In this document: piece by piece, positions 48,250-59,327 of the stretch
Layout: each line of letters starts with the position of its first letter
Numbering within the stretch: the first letter of the stretch is position 1
NCBI GenBank assembly: GCA_001179505.1
Contig: CDMY01000474.1
Location: forward strand, 1 to 64,000
DNA length: 64,000 nt
Source of the DNA: Vitrella brassicaformis CCMP3155
Lineage: Eukaryota > Protista > Chromerida
Direction: 5' to 3'
Notes under the pieces: generated by a model
Database searches by the model: none
What the model was told of the DNA's origin: nothing
The model's input: the letters and a program-made list of their open reading frames with translations, nothing else
Program-made: the position numbers and the translations under genes

Positions 48250-49870
48250 TGTGATATCGAGGAGGGCCAGGTCCCAGCGGATATCAGGACTACCGCTATC
48301 CGCCGTCGGTGCCGCTGCTGTTGGACGTCAAGAAGAAGGTCGACAAACTACTCGAGCTACAGACGAGTGCGAGGTGACGGTAAGGCACCACACACACGGG
48401 CAATGGGAGTGGTTGACGTGATGCTTTGTGTGTGGCGTGTCATTTGTGTGCAGGCAACTGTTTTACCGTGCCCTCGCTTTCGGCCTCCGTGAACTGCGAG
48501 ATGCTGGCGAGTACGCCTTCGATGTGCCCGACGACTGTGAAGACACAGTGGGGGCGCCTGCAACGCCTCAACGGGACCGATCTATACTGGCACCTGATGA
48601 CTGACAGCGACCTGGACAAAGCCATAGGTGGGTGCACAGCCCGCACCCTCCCCACAGCAGACATTCTTGACCGTTCTTTTCTCTCCCTCCTCTCCTTGGT
48701 TTTCTTCGCCGTGTGGTGGCGATGTTCATGGTCGACCACAAGGATGGCGCGCTCACCATCTCGGAGTACGTCCAGACGCACCCCTTCCGCGGGAGCCCGG
48801 AGGACTGCTACGGGCAGAAGTACGCTGCAGATGGGTAAATGATGGGGAAGGGGGAGCTCTGGGTGGGTGGGGGTAGTGGTCACTGTGTCTGTGTCTGTAT
48901 GAATGTGTGTGTGTGTGTGTGGTTGGTGGTTGCCGTGGCTTCGATATGTTTCAAGATCAGAATCCGCATCGTGCTGTTGGTAAGTGACTGACAGGACAAC
49001 AATACCAATATCGACTACACACGCCTTTCTCGCTCGACTCGCGTGTGTATGCTGTGTGTGCGTCAGGACAACTCGGCTGGTGTCTGCCCGATCTACGAGT
49101 AACCCGAGGACAACTCCTCTCCCGGCACCACAGAGACAACTGTGGTCCCCTTCTTCCGGCCGTGCCACTACGACCTCCTCTACGCCAAGTACGTAGCCAT
49201 ATGCACACAGTTTTGACATCTTTGTGCTGTGCTATGGTTCGACGTCATGCCCACAGTTCCCAGTAGCGCCGTTTCAAAGAGTTGAGCGCGTTTCAGGGCG
49301 ACTGTAGCAACTGCAACCTCTACACCACAGTGCTAGCACAGGTACGTGACCACCACACACCACAAGACCACATCACACTTCACCTCACTGGCCCGATGTG
49401 TCTATCGTCTTTGTTGCACAGGACATGCTGATCTGCTTCCATCGTTTGTGCGTCAAGTGCAAGCAGAGCCATGGGCGAGGAGAGGCCGTAAGGAAGCCGG
49501 CCCCTCACACACCATACACACACACTCACACACTCGTTCAGGGCTATCTATGTGTTCGTTGGTCCTGTTTGTTTGCAGGACTCGGTGGAGGACCTGCAGT
49601 GCCCTGTGTGTCAGCACTCGACCGCCGAGGGAGCTGACGCCGCCAAGCAGTGCCCCATTTGCACATGTCGTGAGGACCTGCTCAAGCTCCCCTGCTGCAA
49701 ATAGGTAGGTAGCCAACCACCCGCACAAAGACGGACATGAACTCACTTCCCTGCACTGGTCGCTGCTTGTGTGTGTCGCATGTGGGTGGCTGGATGGATG
49801 GATGGATGGATGCAGATCATTTGCAAGGTATGTGCAAGTGACCACCTCATTTACAAAAGAAAGAAGATAG
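48250..49870 (+). pseudogene. Decayed otubain (peptidase C65 deubiquitinase) fused to two RING-like fingers
   Basis: YRRVRGD|GNCF[-1 T at 48461-48464]YRALAFG and FFRPCHYDLLY (49151-49183) match otubain. They are followed by CSNC...CFHRLCVKC...CPVC and CPIC...PCCK*IICKVC. There are in-frame stops (49100-49102, about 49264, about 49702), frameshifts and two lost acceptors. Confidence 0.8.
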
Positions 49871-49913
49871 ACAACAATGTAGGAAAGACCGAACAAACCG
49901 ACACACATCGAAC

Positions 49914-52460
49914 TTGTTGAAGAGCACCAGCACCTCCACGACGACTTACCGTCCGAATATCGCGCGACTGCCTGGGAATGAGATGAGTCGGGCTGAGCCG
50001 CATCGTGGCTTTCAGCAGGGAGGGAGAGGGGAGTCCGTATCGTACGGCAGACGTCCACAGATCTGGCGGCCCACCCACCACCACCACCAGCAGCAGCAGC
50101 AGTGCTTGCTCCGCCCTGTGTTTCGGGGACGCCAGCTGCCCCCACCAGGCGGCCTGAGCCTGTCCAACCACGTGTCCAACCTGCGGCAGCTGCGGCCAGT
50201 AGTCGGGGACGAGGGGCCCGAACCGGCCGCAGAGGAGGAGAGTGAGGATGGAGAGGAGGACGATGAGGAGGCCGAAAGTGGTGAGGAGGAGGGTGACAGC
50301 CAGGCGGGGGAGCGTCAGGAGGGGGGAGCCATCGAGGGGCAGGACGACGGCGTAGTGCATGATGATGTGCGTGAGGAGTGCGTAGGATTTGTTGTTGAAG
50401 ATGGTGAGTGGGTGACGGGGCACACCCAAAGGGCAAGGCAGACAGAGGGACGTCTGGGTGATGTCTGGCCTGACCGATCATTGTCCTGTTTGCTGTGTGT
50501 GTGTTGGCCTCTATCGTCAGGTCGTTTGTTTGAGCGATGCCGGGCGGCGGGTCAGGAGCACCCAGGCAGCCCGTCGCCACCGTCTACGGCTGCTGGCCAA
50601 GATGACGCCTCGGACGGCTCATCGCCGCTGCTGCCCCTCGCCGCCTCGTCTGACGCCGGCTCGGCACAGATGCCCCTCGCCCTCGCCCACTCACCCTCAG
50701 CTGCAGGCGCGCAGCCAGCACCACAGGAGGCCATGTCAGAGGAGTCGCGTGCCATTCTGGCGGCGTTCCAGCCAGCTGGCCGCTACATGGTGCGGCCCGT
50801 CGGCGAGACTCCCCGCTACGGCGTCATCGAGGGCCACTGTGAGGGCCGTCGGGTGGTGCTCAAGGCAGTCGTCCCCGACGCCATCAGGCGCGTCGACGAG
50901 GCCAGGAGGGCGCAGCTCGGCTGACGGCGCGCCGAGGCGGAGGCCATCGAGGCGCTGAAGGGCGTGACGGGGGATGGCGGCCTCCCGATTGCCGTCCCGC
51001 TGGTGGCCCACGGCCTCGCCGACGGCGATGCGCGGCTGTCGGTGGCCCTGATGGACAATGACTGGCACGAGTACCGTGAGAATGGGTATGAAAGGCTGCG
51101 GCCGTCGACGGCCAACAAGAGGGTGCCGGCTCTGATAGAGGGCTACGTGCTGATATCACAATTCTCGGTATGGATTGCACATGACAGAGGGGGGGGCGCG
51201 GCACGTGTGTCTGTCTGCATTGGTGTGTGCGCCTTGGCTGTTGATTTCTCCCTCTCAGAGCTGCTTACGGAGGCCGACCGCACCGACCTCGAGCAGCAGC
51301 AGCCACCATCGCCGGACCCAGAGCCCTCATCGGGCTCGGCTTCCGCTGAGGAGGCGACGCTCTCCGAGGCTGACAAGCAACGTAAGATGACCAGCCAGCC
51401 GCCAGACAGACAGAGAGACGGCTGTTCATTCGGCAAGCAACACACCTGTGTGTGTGTGTCTGTCCGATATGGCTCAGTGGAGGAGATGCTCAGGGAGATG
51501 CGGGAAAAGCACGAGCGCAGGATGGCCGACATTCGGGCCAGTGTGCCAGCCTTTATGCTCCGTGCCCTGCAGCCTCCGCCCGCAGAGGCGGACAGTGGCG
51601 ACGAGGGAGAGGAGAAGCGGGAGATGGAGAGGCAGCCGGGGCCGGCCGAGGTGTGGGACGGGGAGGTGACCCTCCTCGACATCTTCCACATACGCGCCGG
51701 CCTCTTGCGCGACCCATGCCTGCCGAAGGCCACCAAGCGGCGTCTGCCGGTGATCGCCCAGACCCTCCGCTGCCTGCAGCTGACCCCCGACGCCCATCGA
51801 CGGCTGGTCATCTCGGCGCTGTCGTCCCTGGCTGCCATCCACGCGGCTGACTGGGTGCACGGCGACACCAACGGCCATAACATCATGGTCGTCTGGGACG
51901 CCGTCGCCCGCCGGCTGTGCAGCCAGTGGATAGACTTTGAGATGGCCAGACGCCGGGCGGAGACACTGCAGCCGCTGCCCTCGCTGCCACAGACAGTCCA
52001 TGACATCGAACCCGCCCCCGTCCCAGCCCCCCACTCAGACCCCGCCGCCGTGAGGAAGGTGGCAGCCACGATGGAGGCCGTCATCGACCGCAGCACCACC
52101 CGCAGGACGGCCAGCCCATCGCCCCCGCCCGCCCTCTACGGCCCCTTCAGCGCGGCCGCAGACGCATATGCCGTCTGCTCGCTGGGTTCGGCGGTGTTGA
52201 TGGGGCCTCACATGGACCACCCCTCAGGCAGCGGCAGCAACGGCCACATCTACGGCGAGGAGGGGGCGTTCTTTGCCGAGAGGAACGACATCACGCCCCT
52301 CTACACCAGACACTTCGCCAAGAAGGTGGTGCGGGAGACGGCGGCCATGAAGAAGGCCATCGATGGGACGGTGCAGCCAAGCGCCGCCGTGCAGGAGTTC
52401 TCGCCAAACGGGCCGGCCGAGCGCCATCAGTGGCTGCGGAGAGACGAGGAGTGTCGATGA
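49914..52460 (+). pseudogene. 'YRPNIARL' modular family copy 3 (5'-truncated) ending in an atypical protein kinase domain; in-frame TGA at 50922-50924
   Basis: ORFs 49914 and 50964 share a frame and are separated by one TGA (AQLG*RRAEAEAIEAL). Kinase motifs: VVLKAV, alphaC Glu, VHGDTNGHNIMV, WIDFEMA, ADAYAVCSLG. Confidence 0.7.
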
Positions 52461-52675
52461 GGGGGAGCGGGGGGCGACCCCTCCCCTATCGTTGCCTGCA
52501 TTTTATATTCGGTTGTTTGTGACGGATATTCTCGCTGCATTCACGTGAACTGCTCAGTGAGACATTGGCTGTGCCAATTGACAGACCAAATGCGTTGATG
52601 TCATTAATGTCCATCAGCAGCCCACGTGTCACGCACTGATCACATACCTGTCCGCACAGCAATGCCCCTCTCAGC

Positions 52676-53800
52676 TCACCCAGCCTCTCTCATGCTGCCG
52701 TGGTTTGTTTGGCCGTAGGTGTTTGCCTGCCACCACAACCACCGATGGACCATCTGTGTGCTCCCTCTGGTGTCGGGGAGAAATGGGCCATCGGTGGTCT
52801 CATGCAGACATTCACCTCGGCCAACACACACACACACGGCAGGCCCCATCGACCAGTACACAGACAACATCATATCGCCAGACAGATAGAGTGAGAGGCA
52901 AAGACAGCCTGCCTGCTGATGGAGGGAGATGCTACAGATGGCATCGAGTGTGTGTCCGAGCAATCCCCGTACTGACCCCCCTCTAGAGCTCGGCCATGCA
53001 GTTGCCCGCCTCTCCGCGACGCTGTGATCCACACGCACAGGCCACACGTCGCCAAGAGCTGGCAAACTACATAGGCGAGCCGAGAGATGGGAAGCAGAGG
53101 GTGACGGTATGCGCACAGAGGAGGGCCGGCCGCTCACTGCCTCAACTGACGGCTGATGTGTGTGCCTAACTGACGTACTCGATGGCACGTCTGTCTGTCT
53201 GTCTGTCTGTTCGGTATGAATGTGCTTACTACAAAAGGCACCACCGCTTCCCGCGGCATAGCCCACAAAGGGCCACTGAACAATCGCAGCCGCCAGCACT
53301 GGCCCCGCTACACACACACGTGGCTGCCACGCCCACACCATATTGACACACCACAGTCACAACCACCCCAACACGATCAGTGCAGCAAGGAAGAGAAGCG
53401 TGCGGTCATCGGCCCCGGTGTGGGTCACTGGGGAGTGTCGGCTCGTACACACCTGGAGAGCACACAGCACACAGAGAAAGAACAAGCATCCTCCCTCCCT
53501 CTCGTGGATAGTGTGAGCCCCCCTCCCTCTCTCCTCACCATTCATTGATGTGAAGGAATGCCCCGCCAGTCGCTCAGATCTGTCTCTCCGGCGAGTGGCT
53601 TCGTCAGGAAGGTCACGGCACGTCCAGCTTGGCGTCCGTTGCTGCGGCGCGGTGACCGGTGACCGGAGAGGGACGGTGGGAGGGCGAGGGCCGCAAGTCG
53701 CTCAGTGGCCGACGGAGATCTCCGTGCTCCCCTGCAGCTCGAAGCCTTCACACGCGTGGACCATCCCTGCAACGCATGGAAGGCAGAAGATGACGAGATG
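52676..53800 (-). pseudogene. Possible degraded multi-exon membrane-protein gene
   Basis: Intron-like GT..CAG segments with (GT)n flank hydrophobic peptides (TLLFLAALIVLGW; VLAAAIVQWPFVGY; RLAYVVCQLLATCGLCVWI). I could not assemble a continuous frame. Confidence 0.25.
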
Positions 53801-54019
53801 CTTGACTCTCCCGGCGCATTCCTGTCATCATGCTGACCTCTTTCAACCGCGAAAGTGGGGAAAAACCCGAGAGGCCCACCACAACGCGAGCTTGTAGCCA
53901 AGCTCGCAGCTCCGGAGGGAAAGGAGAAGGAGAAAGGGCGCCCTTTCCCTACAGTAGATCCAACACTCGGCGCCGGCGAAAATCCACATTGAGGACGGTA
54001 GCAGGCGGAGAGCTGGAAA

Positions 54020-54742
54020 ATGGCAGGGCAGGCGGCCAAGAAGGCAAGCAAGAAGGCTCAGGAAGCCATGCAGATCTACCTCTACGTCATCATTGGCGTG
54101 CAGGTGAGTTGGACAAGCACGGAAACAGCACATGCACCTGTGCTCATTTGTTTGTTTGTGTGTCCATTGATTGACTTGACACGTGGTGTGTGGGTGTGTG
54201 CAGATACCGTATGTGCTGGTCCGTTTCCTTTGGCAGTTTCGCTCGGTCACCCACTACACGTGTCTGGGGTACGTGTTCCTCGCCATCGTCTACTACTTCA
54301 CCTACACAGGCATGGCCGAGCGGATAACCATGAGCCTCGACTACTCGTGAGCCACACGCACACACGGACACACAAGGTCACCACCACACGCCGAAGCTGT
54401 CATTTGCTCTGAGCTGTCTGTGTCCGCTCGCAGGTACTTTCAGGATGTGTTTATCGTGAATGCGGTTGTGCAGCTGCTGACGACCTTCAGCGACTGGTTC
54501 TGGCTCGTCTACCTGGTGGTGCCGGGGTACGCCATCTGGCGGTTAGCCTCCTCCATCCTGCAATGGGTCTTCACGCCAGAACCGGTGAGCCGACGAGCGA
54601 CCGAGGAGAGGGAGGCAGGCGATGAGCTGCGTGTGGTGTGTGTGTGTGTGTGTGTGTGCAGGACACTGGCGAGGAGGACGAGAAGACGAGAAAGAAGCGG
54701 GAAAAGGCAAATCGGCCGCGGTTTAAGCTCATGAAGCGGTGA
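54020..54742 (+). CDS. TMEM208: TMEM208 / SND2 (DUF788) ER targeting protein, 4 exons
   Basis: MAGQAAKK...|...|YFQDVFIVNAVVQLLTTFSDWFWLVYLVVPGYAIWRL...|...EKTRKKREKANRPRFKLMKR* matches the family's D..Y/FWL..L.VP.YA.Y pattern and basic C-tail. Confidence 0.85.
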
Positions 54743-55878
54743 CATGACTGGCTCGTGTAGACGAGAGACGAGAGAGCGTTTTGCCGCTTTTGGATGTCGG
54801 ATGTCATGCGTGGCTGGGGTCATGTCATGGCTGTATATCAGGCCGTCTGAGTGTGAGTGTGTGAGGTGTCATGTTGTGTGTACCGTTTATACGTGACGTG
54901 ACACCTTCCTGCCTGTGGATTTATGTCCATCCCATCGACCCCTCTGCCATTCGCCCATTCATCGAATGCGTCAATCCATCGGTTGTCAGCCATCTCAGTC
55001 CTGTCGATGCAGCCCGCTCTCTCACTCATTCACACGTCGCTGCAGCCCACCATATATACACACAACCACACCCATCCATCCATCCATCCAGCCATCCATC
55101 CATCCAACCAGAAACGAACACAAACAAAAACGCAAACAGACAGGCAGCCAGGAACATGGACGAGCAGACAGGCAGGCAGGCAGGCAGGCAAAGCGACTGC
55201 TGTGCGACAAAGAGAGAAAGACAAGCCTAGGGCATAAATCAATTCATGGGTGTCTCTGCCTGCCGCTGTCCATCCCACCACCCACCCGTGTGTACAGCCC
55301 GCACTCGTCGGTACACAGGTGTCCTAGCATCCATCCATCCATCCATGTGTGTGTGTGCGCCGGCAGTCGTGTCCCTGTCCATCCATTCGCCCACGGTCCC
55401 TCTGTGCGCATCTCTGTCGCCACCCGGCAACTCCAAGGCACCAACACCACACATGGGCTGATACTCTGAGGTTGCAGCTCGGCGGACGAGATGCCCACAA
55501 AAGGGGGAGGGACACACGACATACACACAAACACGCCCATCATGCCATCCATCCATCCATTCATCCGGCCAGAAACAAACACAAACAACAACAAACAAAC
55601 ATGCTGCCATTCCACGTCCGTCAATCCGTCCATCAGTCAATCCATCCATCCATGCATGCACCATCTGTCAGTCAGTCATCCCTCGCCTCTAGCTAGCCAC
55701 TCACTCAGTCGCCTCCCCTATAACATCAGCACACTCACACCCATCCATCCACCCTCTGCAGTAGCCCTCCCGCTCACACTCTCCCCTCCCTCTCCCTGCC
55801 TGCTCATCCCAACCGGGTGCCGTCTACTGTTACTCGCTGTTGCTGCTGCTACTGTTGCTGGCTATGGCTGGCCTGGCG

Positions 55879-56839
55879 TCATACGGGCGGTCGCGGCCTC
55901 GTGGCGCCCGGGTTTGGCTGTGGCTGGACGGCACTGTTGGGCGGCATGGAGGGCATGGCGCTGGGCGGTGCAGCCGGGAGGGGCATGCCATAGGGGGGCG
56001 GCTGTGCGAAGGGGAAGCCGCCAAGAGGCGAGTAAACCAGATGGGGCGGCATGATTGGGGGTGGGGGAGGGGGAGGGGGATCGCCTAAGCCCCGATGAAA
56101 CGCCCACACTTCCTCGATCTCGGCGGGGGTTAGTTCTCGTATGTCAGCTGAGACATTGAGCTGTGGGGATGGATGACCCGCCATCGACGCACCGGCTGCC
56201 GCACCGGACGAGCCATGGCCGCTGGGCGGCTGAGGGGCCTGCTGGTGCATCGTCAGCACTGGGCGAGCAACACCCTGCACGGCACAGGCAGACAGACAGG
56301 CAGACAGACAGAAAGACACACTTGTGTTTCCCTTTTCTTGACCCTGCCTGCCTTGTACCTGCTGCTGCTCAAATGGATGCGATGTGGCTACAGCTACTCC
56401 AGGACCACCAAACGGCTGCAGACAGAGCCACACACGAACACCACAGCAACATGACTGACAATAAATACCTTTGAGATCTGTGTATCTCTTGCTGTCGTAC
56501 CGGTGCTGGTGGTGCATTGGGTGGAGCTGCATGGCCATGTGCCGCATAAGGGGCGGCTGCCGACCCATCACCACCGCCACCCCCACCATGTGGAGGGGGA
56601 GGGGGATCGCCTAAGCCCCGATAAAACGCCAACACTTCCTGGATTTCCTCGTAGGTTGGTTCTCGTATGGCAGCTGAGCCGTTGAGCTGTGAGGGAGGAC
56701 CCGCCATTGACGCACCGGCTCCCGCACCAGAGGGAGGGGGATCGCCTAAGCCCCGGCAAAGCGCCGCCACTTCCTTGATTTCGGCGAGGGTCGGTTCTCT
56801 TTCAGCATCTGCCGGCCGCTTGCCGACGCACGCACCCAT
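55879..56839 (-). CDS. Pro/Gly-rich protein with N-terminal MG-x-C acylation motif and three copies of a novel ~22-aa repeat, 3 exons
   Basis: Starts MGACVGK. Repeats: REPTLAEIKEVAALCRGLGDPPP, REPTYEEIQEVLAFYRGLGDPPP, RELTPAEIEEVWAFHRGLGDPPP. Phase-0 introns (PPAP|PFGG...QQQ|GVARP). Confidence 0.75.
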
Positions 56840-56984
56840 AACTCTACTGCCAAAACGCGGCAGGTGGGTTCAGGGTTTGACAGAACCCTAAAACCCAGCG
56901 CGAAAATGGGTCACACCAAACACTGTTTGCGTCCGAGGTGTTCGTCGACGGCAAAGGAGCCAGGGAGGTGAAGCATCTAGGCAA

Positions 56985-57387
56985 ATGGGCTGCTGCTATG
57001 GTTCAGCCAAGACAGTGGATGAAGTTTTCCCGCGGACAGACCTGCTGCGGAGCCCGGACGCTCACCGCGCTGACCGCCGGGCCACAGCCCGCCTGACCCT
57101 GCTCGCATCCTCTGGCGAAGGCAGGGCACGCACGCTGCACACACAGGACATCACGGGCAGCTACTTTAGCCAAGGTACAGAATCCCAAGGCAAGCAGGCA
57201 GATCAACATGTGTTCTGTTGTGTTGTGTTGTCCTATGTGCAGATTATCTGAATGAGTTGGTGGCTAAAGGGACGGCGTTGGATGACGGCAGGACGCCGCT
57301 GCTCGTGATGCAGCTCTTCCTGGAGGCTGCCAGGGTGAGAGCAGTCGAGTGCATCAACCAACCGCCCACAGACACACCCTCAACCCA

Positions 57388-57428
<41 letters not shown>

Positions 57429-58567
57429 GCTCGGCACGTCAGGAGGAGAGTTGGTGTTTTGGTGTGTATCCCCGGGGCGGGTCGAGGGGTCGCGACATGT
57501 GGGGGGCGGTGTATGTGTATGGCTCCTTCGACGAGTCCCAGCTGAGGCTGCCGCTGCACAGGCTGCAGAGCGAGGCGTCCGTCGAAGGTGAGTGAGGTGC
57601 GCAGACAGAACGAAAGCGGGCACATTGCCATTTTCGCGTTTGTGCTGATGTGGTGTGGTTGGTACAGTGCGTGCGCATAGCGGCGATTGGTGTGTGGCGG
57701 CCTATGTGGTGTCGCTGCACGAGTGGGAGAGCAAGGGGTCCTTCGAAATCATATACCCCAAACACGTACGCCACGAAGATATCGCCCCCTGTGTGCACGG
57801 CTGCAGGCCTGCATTCCCTCCCTCTGTGCAGCTGCGTGCCCAACCCGACGAGTCGGATCTCGGCTGGCAGCTTACGCGTAAGTCTACAGCCTCCTTCTCT
57901 CGTCCGTCGACAGCGTTGTTTTGCGCGTGTGTGATATTGCTTTTCGTCTCAGAGGTGACATTGCCGAGCGCTTACTCTGGGGAGGAGAAGAGCGTCACAG
58001 TCGTCACTCCAACCGAGCAGCCACCGTAAGACAACCGACCGATCCACATCGGTGTCACATCCATCCCTTCTCCCTCTTGTACCTCCCTCCAGAGACCCCG
58101 ATGCCCGCTCCTCATCTATCGGCCTGCCCACCGGTGCCCATCCCCTGCACCTCAACCCCCAGACCATCCACAGCCACCAGCAGCGGTCCAACATGTACAT
58201 GCAGAGCGACAACGACCACGCGGCCAGGCAGCACGACGCACTCATGGACGCACTCACCGGCGAGCGGCACTTCAGCGGCAACATCGTGTCCGACCTCACC
58301 TTTCCCCCATCCCGCAACCAGGCCATCCGCAACGATGGGGTCATGACGTTCGCCTCTGCCGCCGGGCGCAACGAATTCCGCAGCCTGGGCGAGCGGTCGC
58401 CTGCACGGCTGGTGCACCAGCCCCAGCCCATCCCTGTGGCAGCGTCACCACTTGAGGAGTGGCGGGCGACCAACGGAGGGCCGCCGCCTGTGGCGTGGGC
58501 GCTGGGATGGCCGCAGCCAGACTGGAGGAGGCGATCAAGCACCGGGGAGAGAGAGGCGCTGCTGTGA
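56985..58567 (+). CDS. Hypothetical protein with N-terminal MGCC acylation motif, 6 exons
   Basis: Starts MGCCYGSAK. Five GT-AG introns join ORFs 56985, 57218, 57655 and 58052 with consistent phases to ...EREALL*. Confidence 0.7.
57392..57425. repeat. (TC)n microsatellite in an intron
   Basis: Perfect TC repeat of about 17 units. Confidence 0.9.
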
Positions 58568-59327
58568 TTGATTATGGATCGATTTGAGAGAGGGACATTG
58601 AGCCAGAGCGGGAGAGAGAGTGCGTGCATACCACCTGTGTGTGTGTTTGGCGGCCACCAGTGGATGGGCACAAACACACTGTATGGGAGGGAATTATGGC
58701 GAGTTCCACACTGAGGTTGTTGGGATGATGTGGTTGTTGTGATGATGTGTGTACGTATTTGTGACGGACTGACATTGTTTGTGTGTGTCAGTGATGTGGT
58801 GCATTGTGTTGTATGTGCGTGCCGCCGCGTTTTGTACAGGGTTTTGCTGACTAGCACCTACCTAGACAGAGAGATGAACCTGTAATTTGTGAAGACTGAA
58901 GACTGATGGATGGAGGAGGGATCGGCTAGAGAGCCTAGTTTTTCGACAGACACCACCCTTGGCTCTCTGCCTGCTCATTCATGTGTTTTTGGTGTTAAGA
59001 CACGATGCGATGGAATCACATTGACTGACGTCACCATCACGCCACGCCCATAGATATATATGTACACACGTCTGTGGAGAAGAACAGCACGCTACACGCT
59101 ACACATACCATTCCTGTGTTGTCGTGTCGTCTTGCTGAAGGAAGGACACCACTGGTCTGTTTCCCGCCCCCGGCTGGCAACGAGTGACGGTCTCTCTTCC
59201 TGGCAGAGCGACCATCAGCTGTTCCCACCCCGAGCTGGAAACAGCCAGTGGTACCATACGTACGATGATCTGTCCGATCACACATCCGCAGCACAGCAGC
59301 CACTCAACTCACCCCTCCGTCCCTCTC

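Noticed and set aside
48250-52460. Stop-codon reassignment as an explanation for in-frame TAA/TAG/TGA
   Set aside because: Intact genes in the window terminate with all three stop codons, and the same loci also carry frameshifts and lost splice sites.
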